The notes beneath the pieces were generated by a model, which ran no database searches, was not told the DNA's origin, and saw only the letters and a list, made by a program, of their open reading frames with translations. DNA of 64,000 nt, taken from positions 49,693 to 113,692 of the forward strand of contig JALMLS010000436.1 in the NCBI GenBank assembly GCA_038496445.1. Direction: 5' to 3'. The DNA is from Trichosphaerium sp. ATCC 40318. Taxonomy: Eukaryota; Protista; Tubulinea. Position numbers and translations under genes: made by a program. Below, one piece after another: positions 1 through 13,236 of the stretch. Positions within the stretch are counted from its first letter, which is position 1; each line of letters begins with the position of its first letter.

Positions 1-2477
1 TGGAGGAGTTGGAGGCTTATTGAATGTTAGAACTTCACTACGTGACGCTAATACGTACAGAACTTGATGGTACAGGCGATGTCGTAGCCTCTTGTATAAT
101 ATCTGGAAGACTTAAAAAGAAGGATAAGCGAAAGAGAAAAAAAAAAGAAGTCCACTGCTTTCTTACATAGAATAATGACATTCATGCTGGCTAGTATCCT
201 CTGGTTTTTCTATTGTAAATACAGGATTTTGTGGTGTTGGAGGCGGAGGTTGAGATGGTGCACTACTCAATGGAGGTAAAGTGCTGTAAAAAGGAGAAGG
301 GCCTCCTAGTTTACTTGGACTATACAATAAGTTAGTTGGTGTTTGCTTTGTTGATGATACTACAAGAAACGTACTCTAGTAAACTAGGCGTTTTCTTAGG
401 TATACTTGGTCTTATTCTATCAGGTACAGGCCTTTTATTCTCAGTAGAGCTGAAAAATGGTTTAGGCGCTGCTGGTTCACCTGAAGATGAGCATGTGGCA
501 GCACTTGTACAAGTATCAGATCTATCACGATGACTAAATGTAGCTTCTTCGCTTGATAACCTATGCATACATTAGCGCTTGTTAACACTGGAATAAAGAA
601 TATCAAGTAGACTAACGTAGGCAATCTGGGACGGAATTTTTCGCGTCTCGTCTGCGTAGAAAACTTACTCCGTTCGTTTCCGGGAGAACCAGGAGGCTTA
701 GCACCTAAAACAAGGATTAATACAAAAACAAAGTGGCGAGTAGCCAAAATAAAAAAAATCAAACTATACCTCTATTCTTTGCCGGACTTACAGGTGCGGG
801 AACACTAGGAGCAGAATTCGCTCTGACTGTTTGTTGAGGAATAGATAATTTGGACGTTTCTGACTTTATAGACAGCGATGCTGATATAACAGAAGTAGAT
901 AGTGCTGATGATGATAAAGCAGAAGTAGATAAAGCAGAAGTAGATAAAGCTGAATTCGAAAGCGCCGAACGACCAGATTTTCCTGATTTGTTTGATTTAA
1001 ATGATCTCATAGACTGCTGAGAAGACTCAGATGATTCCATTGTACGACGCTTCGCTTTATCCGAGCGTCTTCGCGGTATCTTCTTTTTTTTACTAGAGCC
1101 GTGAGACGACCTCAAAGGACGCGATCTTCCTGGTAAAGACGCAGCTATACTACTTTGAGAAAAAAAAATCTACACTGGTCTATCACAGCACAACGTACTT
1201 CTTCTTGGCTTTCTAGGCTTCTCTCTAGGTACAACCAATGCAGAGTTTGCAATAGTAGGACGTATTCCCTTATCTAGAGAAGCAGACGATGCAGATCTTG
1301 AAGGCTTATTCTTGGAGGACAAAGATAGTTTCCTACGAAGCTTCCTCTCAAAATCAGGTGAAGAGCTTGTCCTCTTAGCCTTTTCTGTAAATGTCACTTT
1401 CGATGCAACCCTTGTATTCTTTGGCAGGCTCTTATGCCTCCTAGACTCCTTGGTACTCTTTGTACTTCCCGTGCTATCTGATTCACGTATTGTATCGCGC
1501 ATAGTTAGAAATCTTCTCTTTGAACTTGAACGTCTAGGTTTTGGTAGCATTGTATTAGCACGCTTCCTGAAAAGGTTCTTTGCGCCTTTTTTTTGTTTTT
1601 CACTCTCTATCAAAAAAGAGTCAATAAGATATCACTATCGCCACCTCTTACGGCGTAGTAGTGGAGACAACATAAAATAAGAGCACTCTTTCAATGGTGT
1701 ATTTAAAAAAAATAAGGCATGCAGTAATGTTTCACGTTCTCACGTGTTTTGCGTCGAAGTACAAAAGAACCAATTTTATACGCACCATCTATTGGTAGTT
1801 CACCTTTTTCGATTGACCATTGAACTTGTAGAATGCCTGTAAAAATACCATCCCTAAGCAAGCTTATCCAATCCGATGTTGGATCGAAGTTACGTAATTG
1901 CTGTCTTACTTCACCTACCTTAGAGAAAAGCCAATAAATAAATCGGTCTAAAACACCCTCCCGTAATTTTTTTTTTGTTTTAATTTTGTAACGTACAACC
2001 CCTGTCTTGTTCCGGACGCGTATGCGCAAGTAGTCTTTTTTACCATTTTTTAAAGGCAAATCAAATTGCTGATTCCAACTAGGACACCCCTAATTACATT
2101 AAGTGATAAAAACGCATCGGATACAGATTATTTTTATGTAATGTATGCCGAAAATTAACCTGTGAGTGCTTTTCCTTTGTTGTTTGCGCTGTTTTGCTCC
2201 AGGATCCTTCAGAACCTGTTTCGAACTGACAATAAACTGGTTTACGCCCTGTATACTGTTCAGCACCATTTTAAGCACCATGACACTGTGTAACGCGTAC
2301 GCACCTAAATCCTTGCCTTCTAGTACGTTCAACCGCAAGTACATACCAGAGAGGCTGTTTAGGCAATCTTAGTCTAACGTTTAGTTCACATTGGCACTCA
2401 GGATTTCAACAAAACTTTACTTCAACGTAACATTCACTAGTAGTGTACAGTAAGCCAAAGTTGCGATGAGTAGCCAT
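1..2477 (-). CDS. Uncharacterised multi-exon Ser/Lys/Arg/Pro-rich protein, 3' end runs off the window
   Basis: Consecutive minus-strand ORFs (1703-2059, 1170-1613, 759-1115, 332-568) are separated by short GT-AG introns. Low-complexity S/K/P tracts. Start ATG at 2477 is tentative. Confidence 0.55.
890..960 (-). repeat. Coding 15-bp tandem repeat (SALST/SALSS units)
   Basis: Repeated agcagaagtagataa-like units encode SALSNSALSTSALSTSALSSSALST. Confidence 0.7.
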
Positions 2478-2659
2478 TTTTAATACTGTATGGCGCTATT
2501 TGCGGCGGAAGATGCACTCTCCGAGTTCGTTGTATAACGACACTATCTGACGCATTGCTTAGTGTCAAGTGTCTCTCAAACTGGCGAAGAAAAACAATGA
2601 GAAAAAATATTTTCCACAACAGTCAACTCTTCATAATTTTTTTTTTTGTTCCTGCAACC

Positions 2660-2942
2660 ATGTATTTGATGTACTATATTAACGAGAATGGTAAACGCGT
2701 ATACACCTTAAAAGTACGTTCATAATTACACCAAAAAGAGCTAATTGGTGTAGAAAATTGGTCCTAACAAGAAACGAACCAAGTCAGCGCACCCAGGTAA
2801 CATTTTTTTCTCAATTTAAACAATTGTCCAACACACTACTGTAGCGCGTTTCAGCCCAGCTGATCAATACTCACGACAAAGAATCGAAGCGAAGAAACGA
2901 TTTGGCTTGTTGATTACCCAAAAACCTGAAAAACCGCTGTAA
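2660..2942 (+). CDS. NOP10: H/ACA snoRNP subunit Nop10 (3 exons)
   Basis: Spliced translation [18 protein letters not shown]|[14 protein letters not shown]|[32 protein letters not shown] has the Nop10 signature (RVYTLKK...SAHPARFSP.D.YS). Not in the ORF track. Confidence 0.95.
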
Positions 2943-3403
2943 ATTAATGTCCTAATCGCTTGCTTGGTTTGTGCGCGAATTACGTGCCCAAAAAAACCAT
3001 CGCTCCTCGTTTGAAGCTTCTGGCTCTCGAATTTTGTAAAAAGCATCCTTGTTACTTCTAAATAATAAAAACAAGTACGAGAAACAAAAGTGTCAAATGA
3101 TTTAGTGCAAACTAAACTGCAACATGCTTACTGCAGCAAATCATCTTAGGATAGTACTAGGCCCTTACGCGGGCTAGGCGGTATTGAATTGCACAAAAGG
3201 AAACCACGCTTCGACTTAAAAACAACTTTACGAGTTGCTCTTCCAACCGTGAAGCGTACTTGCATCTATACATGGTGCTGCGCAATCCTTTAGTGCCGTC
3301 TACACGTGCGTACACAAGAAGTCTTCAGAAAGGGTCTGACTTTCAACTCCTAATTGGTTATGTTATTACAAGTGCCAGTATTTAGTGCAAGAGCGAGCGC
3401 ATA

Positions 3404-6400
3404 ATGAGAAGTTCTCAACCAACAACCATCAGTAGGAAGGCTACAAAAAGTATACTCGATCAGGCGAGACGCTCACGCTCATTGGCGTTGGATAAGCAGT
3501 CCAAACGGAATTTATTGCTGGTAAATAACGAAAGATTATTAAACAGTCTCAAAACCCTATAGGACGGTACTAGTATGCAATTAATCAAGATTGCAGTGGA
3601 CAAAAGTGGTCTAGACTTGAAACAAGAAACAGTTGGTGACACGGTGTACGATCTTTGCTTCCAAGGTACGCAATCGTACGTCACTCATATCTCCGTTGAC
3701 GTCATCGACTACAGGCACCGATTTGGTCGAAGTCTTTAAAACCGTACGAAAACAGCGTCTAATTCGTCTATTAACGCATAATTAGGCAATGGAATGTACA
3801 AATGACCAAGCAATCAAGTTTGGCGAGCAACTTTTTACAGAGGGACACATTTCCGCCGTAGATGCCTCAAACGTTGATAAGTTCGAAAATAAAGATCATA
3901 CATACACTATTCGCAAGGTAGGAAATCGCCTATGGCGAAATATTGCGTTTTTTTCATTTAGTTTTTTTATTCAGGCTTCCGTTGTCGAAACGACGTTTGT
4001 ACCTCACCTTGAAGAGTTAACAGACAAGAATACACAAATGGTTGGTGGTAAAGTACTCAAAGTGCACCTTATTAGAGGAATAGATCTTGTAGCAGCTGAT
4101 TCTAATGGATACAGTGACCCGTACGTCAAAAACTTGAACAATTTAATTATTTTTTTTGGTTTTTTTTTATTGCGACTTTCCTTAATAGGAAATCATTGTA
4201 GGTTTTGTAAAATCACTTGTAATGGTACTTCGTACAAAACAAAAGTACACAAGAAGGTAATTAGAGCGTTTTGATGTTTGTAAAAGGTATGTTGTTGAAA
4301 AAACTGAAATTGTTTTAGACGCTTGATCCTATTTGGAATGAAAGTTTTATTTTCACTGAGCAAGAGATAACAGAGATTGTTGTTAAAGTATATGACAAGG
4401 ATACATTATCTAGGGAGTTATTGGGTTCAGCAACAATAACTATGGACAATATCAGAGGTAAGAAAGTGCATGCAGTTGCCAGTGGAAGAACGAAAATTTT
4501 CTGAACTGAACAGAGATGTTAATGTTTTTTTTTTGTTTAGGGACGACAAACAAGTTTATAAAAGGGGAAGAAATTATTAAAACATTTTCGTTGACTGATG
4601 CTAAACATGGCGAGATAGAAATCGGTTTCTTACCCGTCAATTTTGGTAGAAGTACGTCGTCTGTAGTTCCACGAAAATAAAAGCCGTACTGGCTTTTATC
4701 TTTCTTTTTTTTGGTGTTTTACTTGTGTTTATTAAAGGGTTCATAGCTATGACTCCACGATCAATGAGTTTTGAGGATATGCTAAAAGATAGCACAAAAG
4801 ATTGGGATCTTACTAAATTCCGAACAGACACAATAGATGCTGAGGTGTGTTGAAATAATTAAACTATTTTTTTGTTTAATCTCATTGCATTAGGTAACAA
4901 TAAAATGCCCTTCAAACTGGCAAGTGAAAACAGATAGAAGAGTTGTAAAAGGTGTATTGTATTTATTCGAATGTATCAATCAAGTTGTACGTACACCACA
5001 AAGTGCTGTGTTTGTCTCACGGGTTTTTTCTTTACTTTGTTAGCTAGTTTCGAGATTGCTAACTTTCTTTGTTTGTTAGTCCAAGATGTACATCCTAGAG
5101 AGACCAGAAACAATTTTTTCTTATAGTCAATTAAACACAGTATATCAAATGCTTGCACCTAACAAACAAACAATGGCCTCACTGGTAGAACTTAAGGAGG
5201 AGGTATATTACAAACAATCTAACCTGATTTTTTTTCCATCTTGGTTTAAAGTTCCCTTAGCGCATAGCTTATTATAAGTATAGATGTGTTTACTAATATT
5301 ATTGCTAGGAATCTATTGTGTCAAATAATTTGGCATTAAAATATACTGCTGTGACACATTTGAAGAAAGATGATATTTATAAAGCTGAAGTAGCTTATCA
5401 TTTTGAGTACAGTAATCTACTCTATGAAGTACATTATTATAGTATCGGTGATACAGCCGAAGGCGTTAAAAAAACATTAAAGAAGATGGAGGAAGTACGT
5501 GCCAATTTCTTCTTATCACGTGATTGCTATTTGTTCCTGGTTTTTTCTTAGTTTTTTTTTTTTCTGTTTTCTTTCAGTATTCTAGCTTCTTTGTTTGTAA
5601 TCGAAGTTATTTAGGATGTATTTAATTGGATGGTAGCATCGCTACGTTTCACTTCCGAAAATCAAACAGAAAAATTAATGGCGAAGCGACTGGAGACATA
5701 CCAATCTGCTTTGACTACCTTGTATGTCCTTTTCTTTCTTTCTTTTCATCTTGCAAGTAAAATACTCATTGTAACCCAAAAGACGTACTCGTAAGAACTG
5801 GTCTTCTATTGTAGCAAAATGTAACAACGGTCTTTATGTACGAACTTGTTTTAACCTTTAATACCTTTTTTTCTTTTTTGGCGAGTTTCAAGCAATTGTC
5901 AGCTATAAAGCTGTCATCAAATTGAAGTAACTAGACCTATGATATCATAAAAAACTATTATCTAAGGTTCTGCATGCGACCTTACTTTTGTATTCTAGGT
6001 GGCTGTGGATTATCCACCATATATGATACATCAGAGAAGTAAAGCAGTAAATCTTCTTGTATCTTATGAACCACTGGATCCTAATGATCCTATACATGGT
6101 GAATCTATACTTATTCATCCTTTCTGTAATGAAAAGAAGATTGACCATGACAAGATGGAAGCAATGGTAGATAAGTTAAAAGGTATAATGGCAAAGGAGA
6201 AGTTCAAGATATGTCCAGGTACGCTTCTTAAAGAACAACAAAATATCACGTGTTAAAACACGTGTTGCCTTTTTGGATGACATTTTTGAGAACACGTGAC
6301 CTTTGATGTTCACGCGAGCGTCAATAAACACGTGTCACTGTCTGCCTTCTCTGATTTTTGTTCGCTTAGGTGAACTTACAAGAACAATATCAAAAATGAA

Positions 6401-6692
6401 GGCTATTGGGTTTACTACAATACGTTTTATGGATACTTCATTTAATGTTACAACTATATACCTATTTGGTACTTTTCAAGTACGTTGTAAGAGTGATGGT
6501 AGTACAAGTGAAGTGACAGCGATGAAGTACGTTTTTTTTTTTTTTTTTTTTTTGAGTATCTTTGGTGTATTGTTTATTTTCATGTGTAGGCAACATGAAA
6601 AAAAATTAAAAGAAGTTTTCAGCTATGTACTAGATAGTGTTGTAGTAACTGAACTTCAAAAACCAGAAACTGAAGGCGATGACAGTCAGTAA
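3404..6692 (+). CDS. DEP-domain + C2-domain protein (multi-exon)
   Basis: DEP-like segment CFQGTDLVE..ECTNDQAIKFGEQLFTEGHISAV..FENKDHTY. C2 segment LKVHLIRGIDLVAADSNGYSDP.CKI..YKTKVHKKTLDPIWNESF..VKVYDKD..ELLG. Uncharacterised C-terminal region ends at TAA 6692. Confidence 0.8.
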
Positions 6693-7107
6693 CACAACAA
6701 AAAACCCCAGAAGCCAAAATAAAATTTTTAGAAACCATTTCTTTTTCTATGACTCATACCCTTCCTCGATCAAGTTTGAAAGCAATTCTCTATCAAAAGT
6801 AGCTAATTGCAGCGATTCTTGTACCGGCTTGTCTTGACATGGTATCGGTTTATTAAAGGTTGTAAGTGTATAAGCAGAAAACTAGAATTGAAACCAAAAC
6901 TTAAAACTGCACGACAATTAAAGAATCCAACTTTTAATTAGTGCACTTTCATTTTACTACTCAAAGTAGGTATTGGCATTATCAAACAACCATCTCCTTA
7001 TCACTACTCCTTTATGGTCAACCAATCTGGTTCCACCATGCGTACATAATTTACAATCAATACCTTGCATTTTGTTTACAGAAAATAAGAAATTGCTGGT
7101 CTAATAT

Positions 7108-8986
7108 CTATTGGAGTACTTTTCTGCCATTCTTCATAACACATTGTAGTGTTAGTTTTCCATTTTGATCCCATTCTTTGTACTCACCGTTATCTAAGTT
7201 ATTCCTCATCATACATTGAATACTTATTTGACCATTCTCATACCATTCTTTGTACTCTCCTTCATACTTTGAGTTCACACAGTAGCATTGTATACATAAA
7301 TTCCCGTTTTGGTACCATTCCTTGTACTCTCCTTCTTTCTTACCTCTCTTTGAAGAGTGCTCACAACGAAGTTGACCACATTCATACCACATCCTAGCTA
7401 AACCTTCAGCTTGTCCATTGACACGAGTCAAGCATCGTTTCATTTGTCCATTGGGGTACCATTCTTTTTCTTCTCCATGAGGAATACTGTCCTTTACATA
7501 AAACTGTAAAAACAACTGTCCATTCCTGTGCCAACTTTTTACTTCGCCTTGTACTTTGTCATTCCATCGGTAGAGGCACTTTGACACTTGTCCATTATCA
7601 TAGAACTCTTCATACTTTCCTGCAGTTTTTCCATTCTCTGCTGCATACCGTACTTGTAGTTTACCATTTTCATACCATTGCCTACACTCTCCATGTTTTA
7701 AGCCGTGTTTCCAAAATCGTTGAGATGACATCTGTCCACTACTGTACCAGCAATCATGTTCTCCTTCTTTTTTTCCATTGCGTATAGTATAAACCTGTTT
7801 CATTTGTCCATTTTCATACCACTCTTCCACTAATCCTTCCATCACATCATTGATATAACGTACACACAACGCAAGTTGTGTATTTTCATGCCACTGCTTG
7901 TATTTACCATTCTTCTTTCCGTTCTTGTACTCGCAACTTTTTATCTTATTCCCATCTTTATACATGACATTCTTGCCATCCGGTATGCCATTCTTTACCT
8001 CAAGACTACTTGTAATTTGTCCATCCTCATCCCACTTTTTCACAATACCATAAGGCCTACCATTGCAACAGAATCTTTCGGCTTTTCTTGTTCCATTTTC
8101 GTGGTAGTGCGTTTCTTTTAGACATTGCATGCCATGTATAATTTCCAAGTTGCCTTCTTTGATCATTTGTTGGTTATAGCAATCATCTGTGCTATCTTCG
8201 AAGAATAAACAAGATTTAAGGTTCCCATTCTCATAATATTCTTTCTTAAACCGCACTATTTTATTGCAATGAACAAAGAAGTGTATCTTTAGTTTGCCAT
8301 TTTTATACCACATTTTTACTTCACCTTCTGATACTCCATTGTTTACACTGATAGAGGCTTCCATATTACCATTTTCATACCACTTTTGGAGTATTCCTTC
8401 GCACTTGTCATTTTTACACCAGCCTTGTTCAGATATCTGTCCGTTTTCATACCACTTTTGGAGCTTACCGATCTTCTTGCCATGTTCATACAAGCAATGG
8501 AATGCAATCTGTCCGTTCGAGTACCACTGTTTTCTCTCTCCATGGAACTCGTTATTCAGGAAGAACACTTCATGATGCAGCTGCCCATTTTCATGCCACC
8601 ACAATCCTTTTCCTGTTGCCTTTCCATACTCATGGTAGTAATGCACCTCAAGTTGTCCGTTTTTATACCAGTCTTTCGACTCACCCACAGGTAGTTGAAT
8701 CATGGCCTTTAACTCTCCTGTTGAATACCACTGCTTCCAGGTACCCTTTTTTCTAAAGTCATTCGTAAAATGAGTGTTTTTAGCAGCTGCAGCAGACAGT
8801 AGGTGATATTTTATGAACACTTCTTTGTCGAGCGAGCATATGGAACATTGAATATCGCTTGGTAATTGTGTCAGAAGACCATGTGATACTGAACGAGCTA
8901 AAGAATAAAACTTAGCCACTAAAAATACGAGAAAGTTATAGGTACGCACCGTGTATTCTCTGTATTTTCTTTTGTAAGGTTTGCAT
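7108..8986 (-). CDS. F-box-like N-terminus + MORN-variant (YwqK-like) repeat protein
   Basis: About 20 repeats of G..K.WYENGQL-type units follow LLTQLPSDIQCSICSLD. A probable short first exon MQTLQKKIQRIH (ATG 8986, intron ~8899-8949 GTGCGT..TTTAG) precedes an uninterrupted ~1.8-kb exon. Confidence 0.85.
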
Positions 8987-9667
8987 AAGTAATACCAAGA
9001 ATTGTTCCAACGTGTCAACAAACTTGTTGACCTGATATTTCTGCTTTTAAGTAAGACATTGGCTAAGTGTTGTGCACATTTGCCCTACTGTGTTACACAG
9101 TTATCCTTTGGTATTCTTAGAATACATGTGTATTTAGTCACGCTTTCGTCAATCAGAGCTATTTCCCTTTAGCTACTTAGGCGTTGTACGTTTTTAGAAG
9201 ATAAACACTACACGGTCGCTTTGGAGTTCACTAAGTTTTTTGGCTCATACATATTCACGTGGTGCCAATCGTTTCGCCTATTAAACTCCACTGAACTTCA
9301 CTTTCTTAGATTGTGAAATTTATTGACCACGTGCCTATTGATAAACTGTTGATATTGGCTCAAAGATGCTGAGAAGTACCCTGCTAAATCGTGTAGGTAA
9401 CACCAGTTATTAAAGTGGTAGAGTGTTCACTTGTTTTTGGTTAGATCTATGTTAGCTCATCGCAGAGAGCCAACGCATGCAATGGATTGACCCTTTGGGC
9501 TCAAGTTTCACTTAGTTTTTCTTCGCAAGATATTTTATACGCGAGGCTTTAAGACGCGGCGTGTCATTGGTACAATCTGTAGTATTCTACTCAGTTTTTT
9601 GCGAAGTATAAAGTTTATTACTTTAGATGTTTTTGACTTAGTACACGTGTTTCATATTTATTGTATT

Positions 9668-12199
9668 CTAAAGTTTTGATTTAATCATGTACTGTGGTTT
9701 TCTATTTGGGTCTGTTAATCTATACTGAGAAGGATACAATGGTTCCTTTGTTAACTTATCATAGCTTTCTTTTGATTTATCAATTTCAGGGAAGCATCCA
9801 ACATCTTTTGCAAGATCATCCACGTAAGGTCCAAAACGTATAACCATACCGAACTTTGGCTTTCTCTTATTATATTCTTTTAATTTTTCATCTATCCATT
9901 CTTCTTTGATAGCTCTTGTTGGTTTTGTAATACGACCTTAGAAAGAGAAAAAAGTTAACAAAAAAAAAATATCAAAAAAAAAAAAACAGAGTTGGGACAA
10001 CTACGAGTATCATATTTGATTCATCTCAGTTAAATTCGAGAATATATTATTTTAATATGTTTTTAAGATAATAAAGGAACGAATTTAACAAAAGGACTGA
10101 AAACGCAGGAGAAAAAACAATATTGTTTTGAAGAGTTTTTTTTTGCACCTGAGCTTATTCCTGCAGCCCACCTAGCCTGCATTTCTGCCACAACAAAGAT
10201 AGCACCCAAAGTATCGCTCTGAGCGAGAAAGAATAAATTATCAAACTTCTCATGCATCACGTGTTTGTATAGCCTCATTCTACCAGGACCAACAGGAGCT
10301 ACTAAGTCTTCATCGAAGAAAGGAAAATGTAGCAAATTATATCCAGTCGCCAAAATAACGATATCATAGGACTCATGATTACCATCTACGAATGTAACAC
10401 CATCGCTTGTAAATGTATCAATATCTGGCTTACATACAAGTCGACCTGTTTCTAAATGATCAAGTAATAGAGGTACATCCTTAGATATAGAAAGTTGGAT
10501 TTTTGATGGATGTTCTTTTTTTGGTTGAGGGAAACCAAGGTTTACTAAAGCTTTCGTTGTTGGTAAGCAGAATTGAAAGACATCTTTTGCTCTTTCTTCT
10601 GGAGTACTATTATTCTTATCTCTTGTGATAAAGTATTGATCAAGTGGTATATCTTTTGAATCAAAATGTCGAGGAATAACATAAACACCACTACAAAAAA
10701 GTAAAGTAAGAAAAAACCCGACGAAAAATTATTGCATTCGGCAATTTTGTTCTACCACTTTTAGCACGTGGTTGCTGGTAAAAGAAGTTGTACAATTTAC
10801 CAGAGATCTGGTAAGACCAAATACTTGGTGATTCAGTTTAGTTCAGGGCAGTCTTACAACCATTATGTTGTCCGAAAGCTTTTTTTTTAATTCTATTTGG
10901 GACTGGTACGATAAAAATGATACGTACGTTCTTATAGCAATATGTGTTGATTTAGAAACAGAAGCTATAGCTATAGAAATATCTAGTCCACTATTTCCAG
11001 CACCAACGATTAAAACACGTTTATCAACAAACTCGGAAACAGAGCGAACTTTCTGAGAATGCATTATTTTACCCTGAAACGTGCTTTTCCCTACAACAAA
11101 CAACGATTAATACTAAAGATACAATAAAGAAATACATCAAAAACAACAGGTTTGCATTTGAAATGATTGCAGTCATCATAGATTTGAAGGACAAATGATC
11201 TTTAGGGACAATCCAGAACGAACGATCAAAAAACAAAGGGGAGCATTTGCTTGCCTTTGAAAAATGGTATTTTAGGAGATGCGAATTGTCCGCTGCATAC
11301 GAAGATACCGTCAACCACAAGCCAAAGTACTTGTGACTTGTTTCTACATCTATAAGCCACTTTCCATTTATTTCCAACAGGTATAGCTCTTACGACTTTA
11401 CATCCAAACTAAAATTTTTTTTTAATGTTAGCCTTCCTTCTACAGTATTCAAAAAATCCAATCACAAAACGTCATTGCAAAATTAAGTATTTATCAATAT
11501 TTCTCACCCAACGAAAACGCTCATACGATAAATAAGGGTATGAAGTTTCGATGAACAATAGAAGAAAAAAAAAATTCCACAAAAAAAAAAAAGAACACGT
11601 GCACTCAAGTGCCACGTTCTTGTTTGAGCTTTCTTGAGCGTAAAAAAAAATACGTTACACGTACTTTAATGCGCTGATAAAGGTCATACTTGAGAGCGTA
11701 CTCTCGTAAGTAATCAACAATTTGCCTATGGTTTGCGTAGTGACTATCACACTTCATTTCAAAGTCCGAAAAGCCCATCATTTTAGCTGAAGAGTTTGAC
11801 TGTAGAAACTCATATGCACAAGCGTTACTTGACTCATCGCCTAAAACAGACGTAGTTTAGCGGTTTAATTCATGTTTAGAGTCGTTTAAATAAACAGAAA
11901 AGTTTAAAACAGTCTGTAAGCGCCAAAACCGCCTAAAAAACGCGCGAGCGTTTAAATTGATAGTAATAAGCGTACGTTTTTCATCGTAGACCCAAACGCC
12001 ACCCAAGGAGTCGCTTTGTTCGAATACTATTGGTATTAAGCCTTCTTCGAGAAGGGCCTTTGCGCTGGCTAACCTACAAGCGGTGTTTATAACGTTTAAG
12101 AAAAACCTTTTTTCATTACCCACTAGAACCTGCGCCAATGACTGCTACGGTACCGCGTCGTAGCGTGTGACGTACTGCTGTGAGTTTTGGTATGAACAT
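9668..12199 (-). CDS. Flavin-containing monooxygenase (FMO), C-terminal SKL
   Basis: VAVIGAGSSG (FAD), FEQSDSLGGVW, FMO motif FQGKIMHS, VLIVGAGNSGLDI (NADPH), LATGY, and PSQYRL...MIKSKL*. Confidence 0.92.
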
Positions 12200-12732
12200 T
12201 ACAAAACAAAGGAAGAAAAGGTATCACAACTTAACCAAAACCGATTACTTGTTGGTAGCTTTGGCCGGTACTGGTATAATTTTCTAGGCTGTAAAGTAGT
12301 CTATGTACCTTCAGTTCCAAATGCTGTTGATGACACGAGACTGAACAGACATGGCAACAGTAGCGAAGTTTTGTTAGCCTGTAAGTTAAATCACGTGATT
12401 GAGTTTGTTTGGTTTTGGTAGTTTGTTCATTCCCACATGAACTTCAGCGCTTGAGGCTTTTAAAACTCCGGTATATGATTGTGTACAAAGAAATTATGGA
12501 GTAGTTACCTTTGCTACAGCCACTAACCTCAAAGTAATGGACGAAAAATTGCCTGAAGTTTGTGTACCAATGGGAACTGTACTCCTACTGAGTTTCACCA
12601 GGTTACTTCCCGTGTGTACCTACTCAGCCTATTGTCTATAGCAGTGCTTATAGAACTGTACTTGTTAGCTTTTCAGTTGGCTATACCTAAGAAACGTGCT
12701 ACTATAAAAATCAATCAACTTTTTTATTTACA

Positions 12733-13236
12733 TTAGCGTCTGATTTTTTGTACAAGTTTTGTAGTAGAAATATCGGTACAGTCATGTCTGATGTAAATAA
12801 CTTTCACCTTATTCTCATCCAACCATGCCTTCTCTTCCTTGTTTATATTCTCAACGTTATAATCTGATCCTTTAGTCAAGAAATGAGGGTATATAAGAGG
12901 AAATGTATTCAGCAAGTTAGGTTCGTTAAAAATATACACAAAGTCGACGCATCTCAGCGAAGTTAACATTCGTGCTCTATACTTCTGGTTCACAACAGGT
13001 CTCTCTGGCCCTTTTATCTTCGATACAGATTCATCAGAGTTTATAGAAACAACCAGAACATCTCCAAGCTTCGAAGCTGCTTCAAGATATGCCACGTGAC
13101 CAGCATGAAGCATATCAAAGCATCCAGCTGCCATTGTAACGGTTTTACCTTCTTTTTTTACTCTTGAAATTTCATCTTTTAGTTGTTGTTTTGTTTGTAG
13201 AAGCATTTTGTTAATGCGGATACAGATCACTTTCAT
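12733..13236 (-). CDS. RfaE domain II / HldC-like heptose-1-phosphate adenylyltransferase (cytidylyltransferase-like family), intronless
   Basis: GCFDMLHAGHVAYLEAASKLGDVLVVSINSDESVSKIKGPERPVV..R..ML.SLRCVD.V..F.E, KGSDY, ISTT. Confidence 0.85.
   Translation of the reverse strand: MKVICIRINKMLLQTKQQLKDEISRVKKEGKTVTMAAGCFDMLHAGHVAYLEAASKLGDVLVVSINSDESVSKIKGPERPVVNQKYRARMLTSLRCVDFVYIFNEPNLLNTFPLIYPHFLTKGSDYNVENINKEEKAWLDENKVKVIYIRHDCTDISTTKLVQKIRR

Noticed and set aside
2310-2344. C2-like phrase LRLNVLEGKDLG in ORF 2099-2344
   Set aside because: It lies between a GTATGT donor and a TTTAG acceptor, so it is probably intronic; no other C2 motifs follow.
7149-8756. Several plus-strand ORFs
   Set aside because: Antisense to the MORN-repeat gene; by-products of repeat periodicity.
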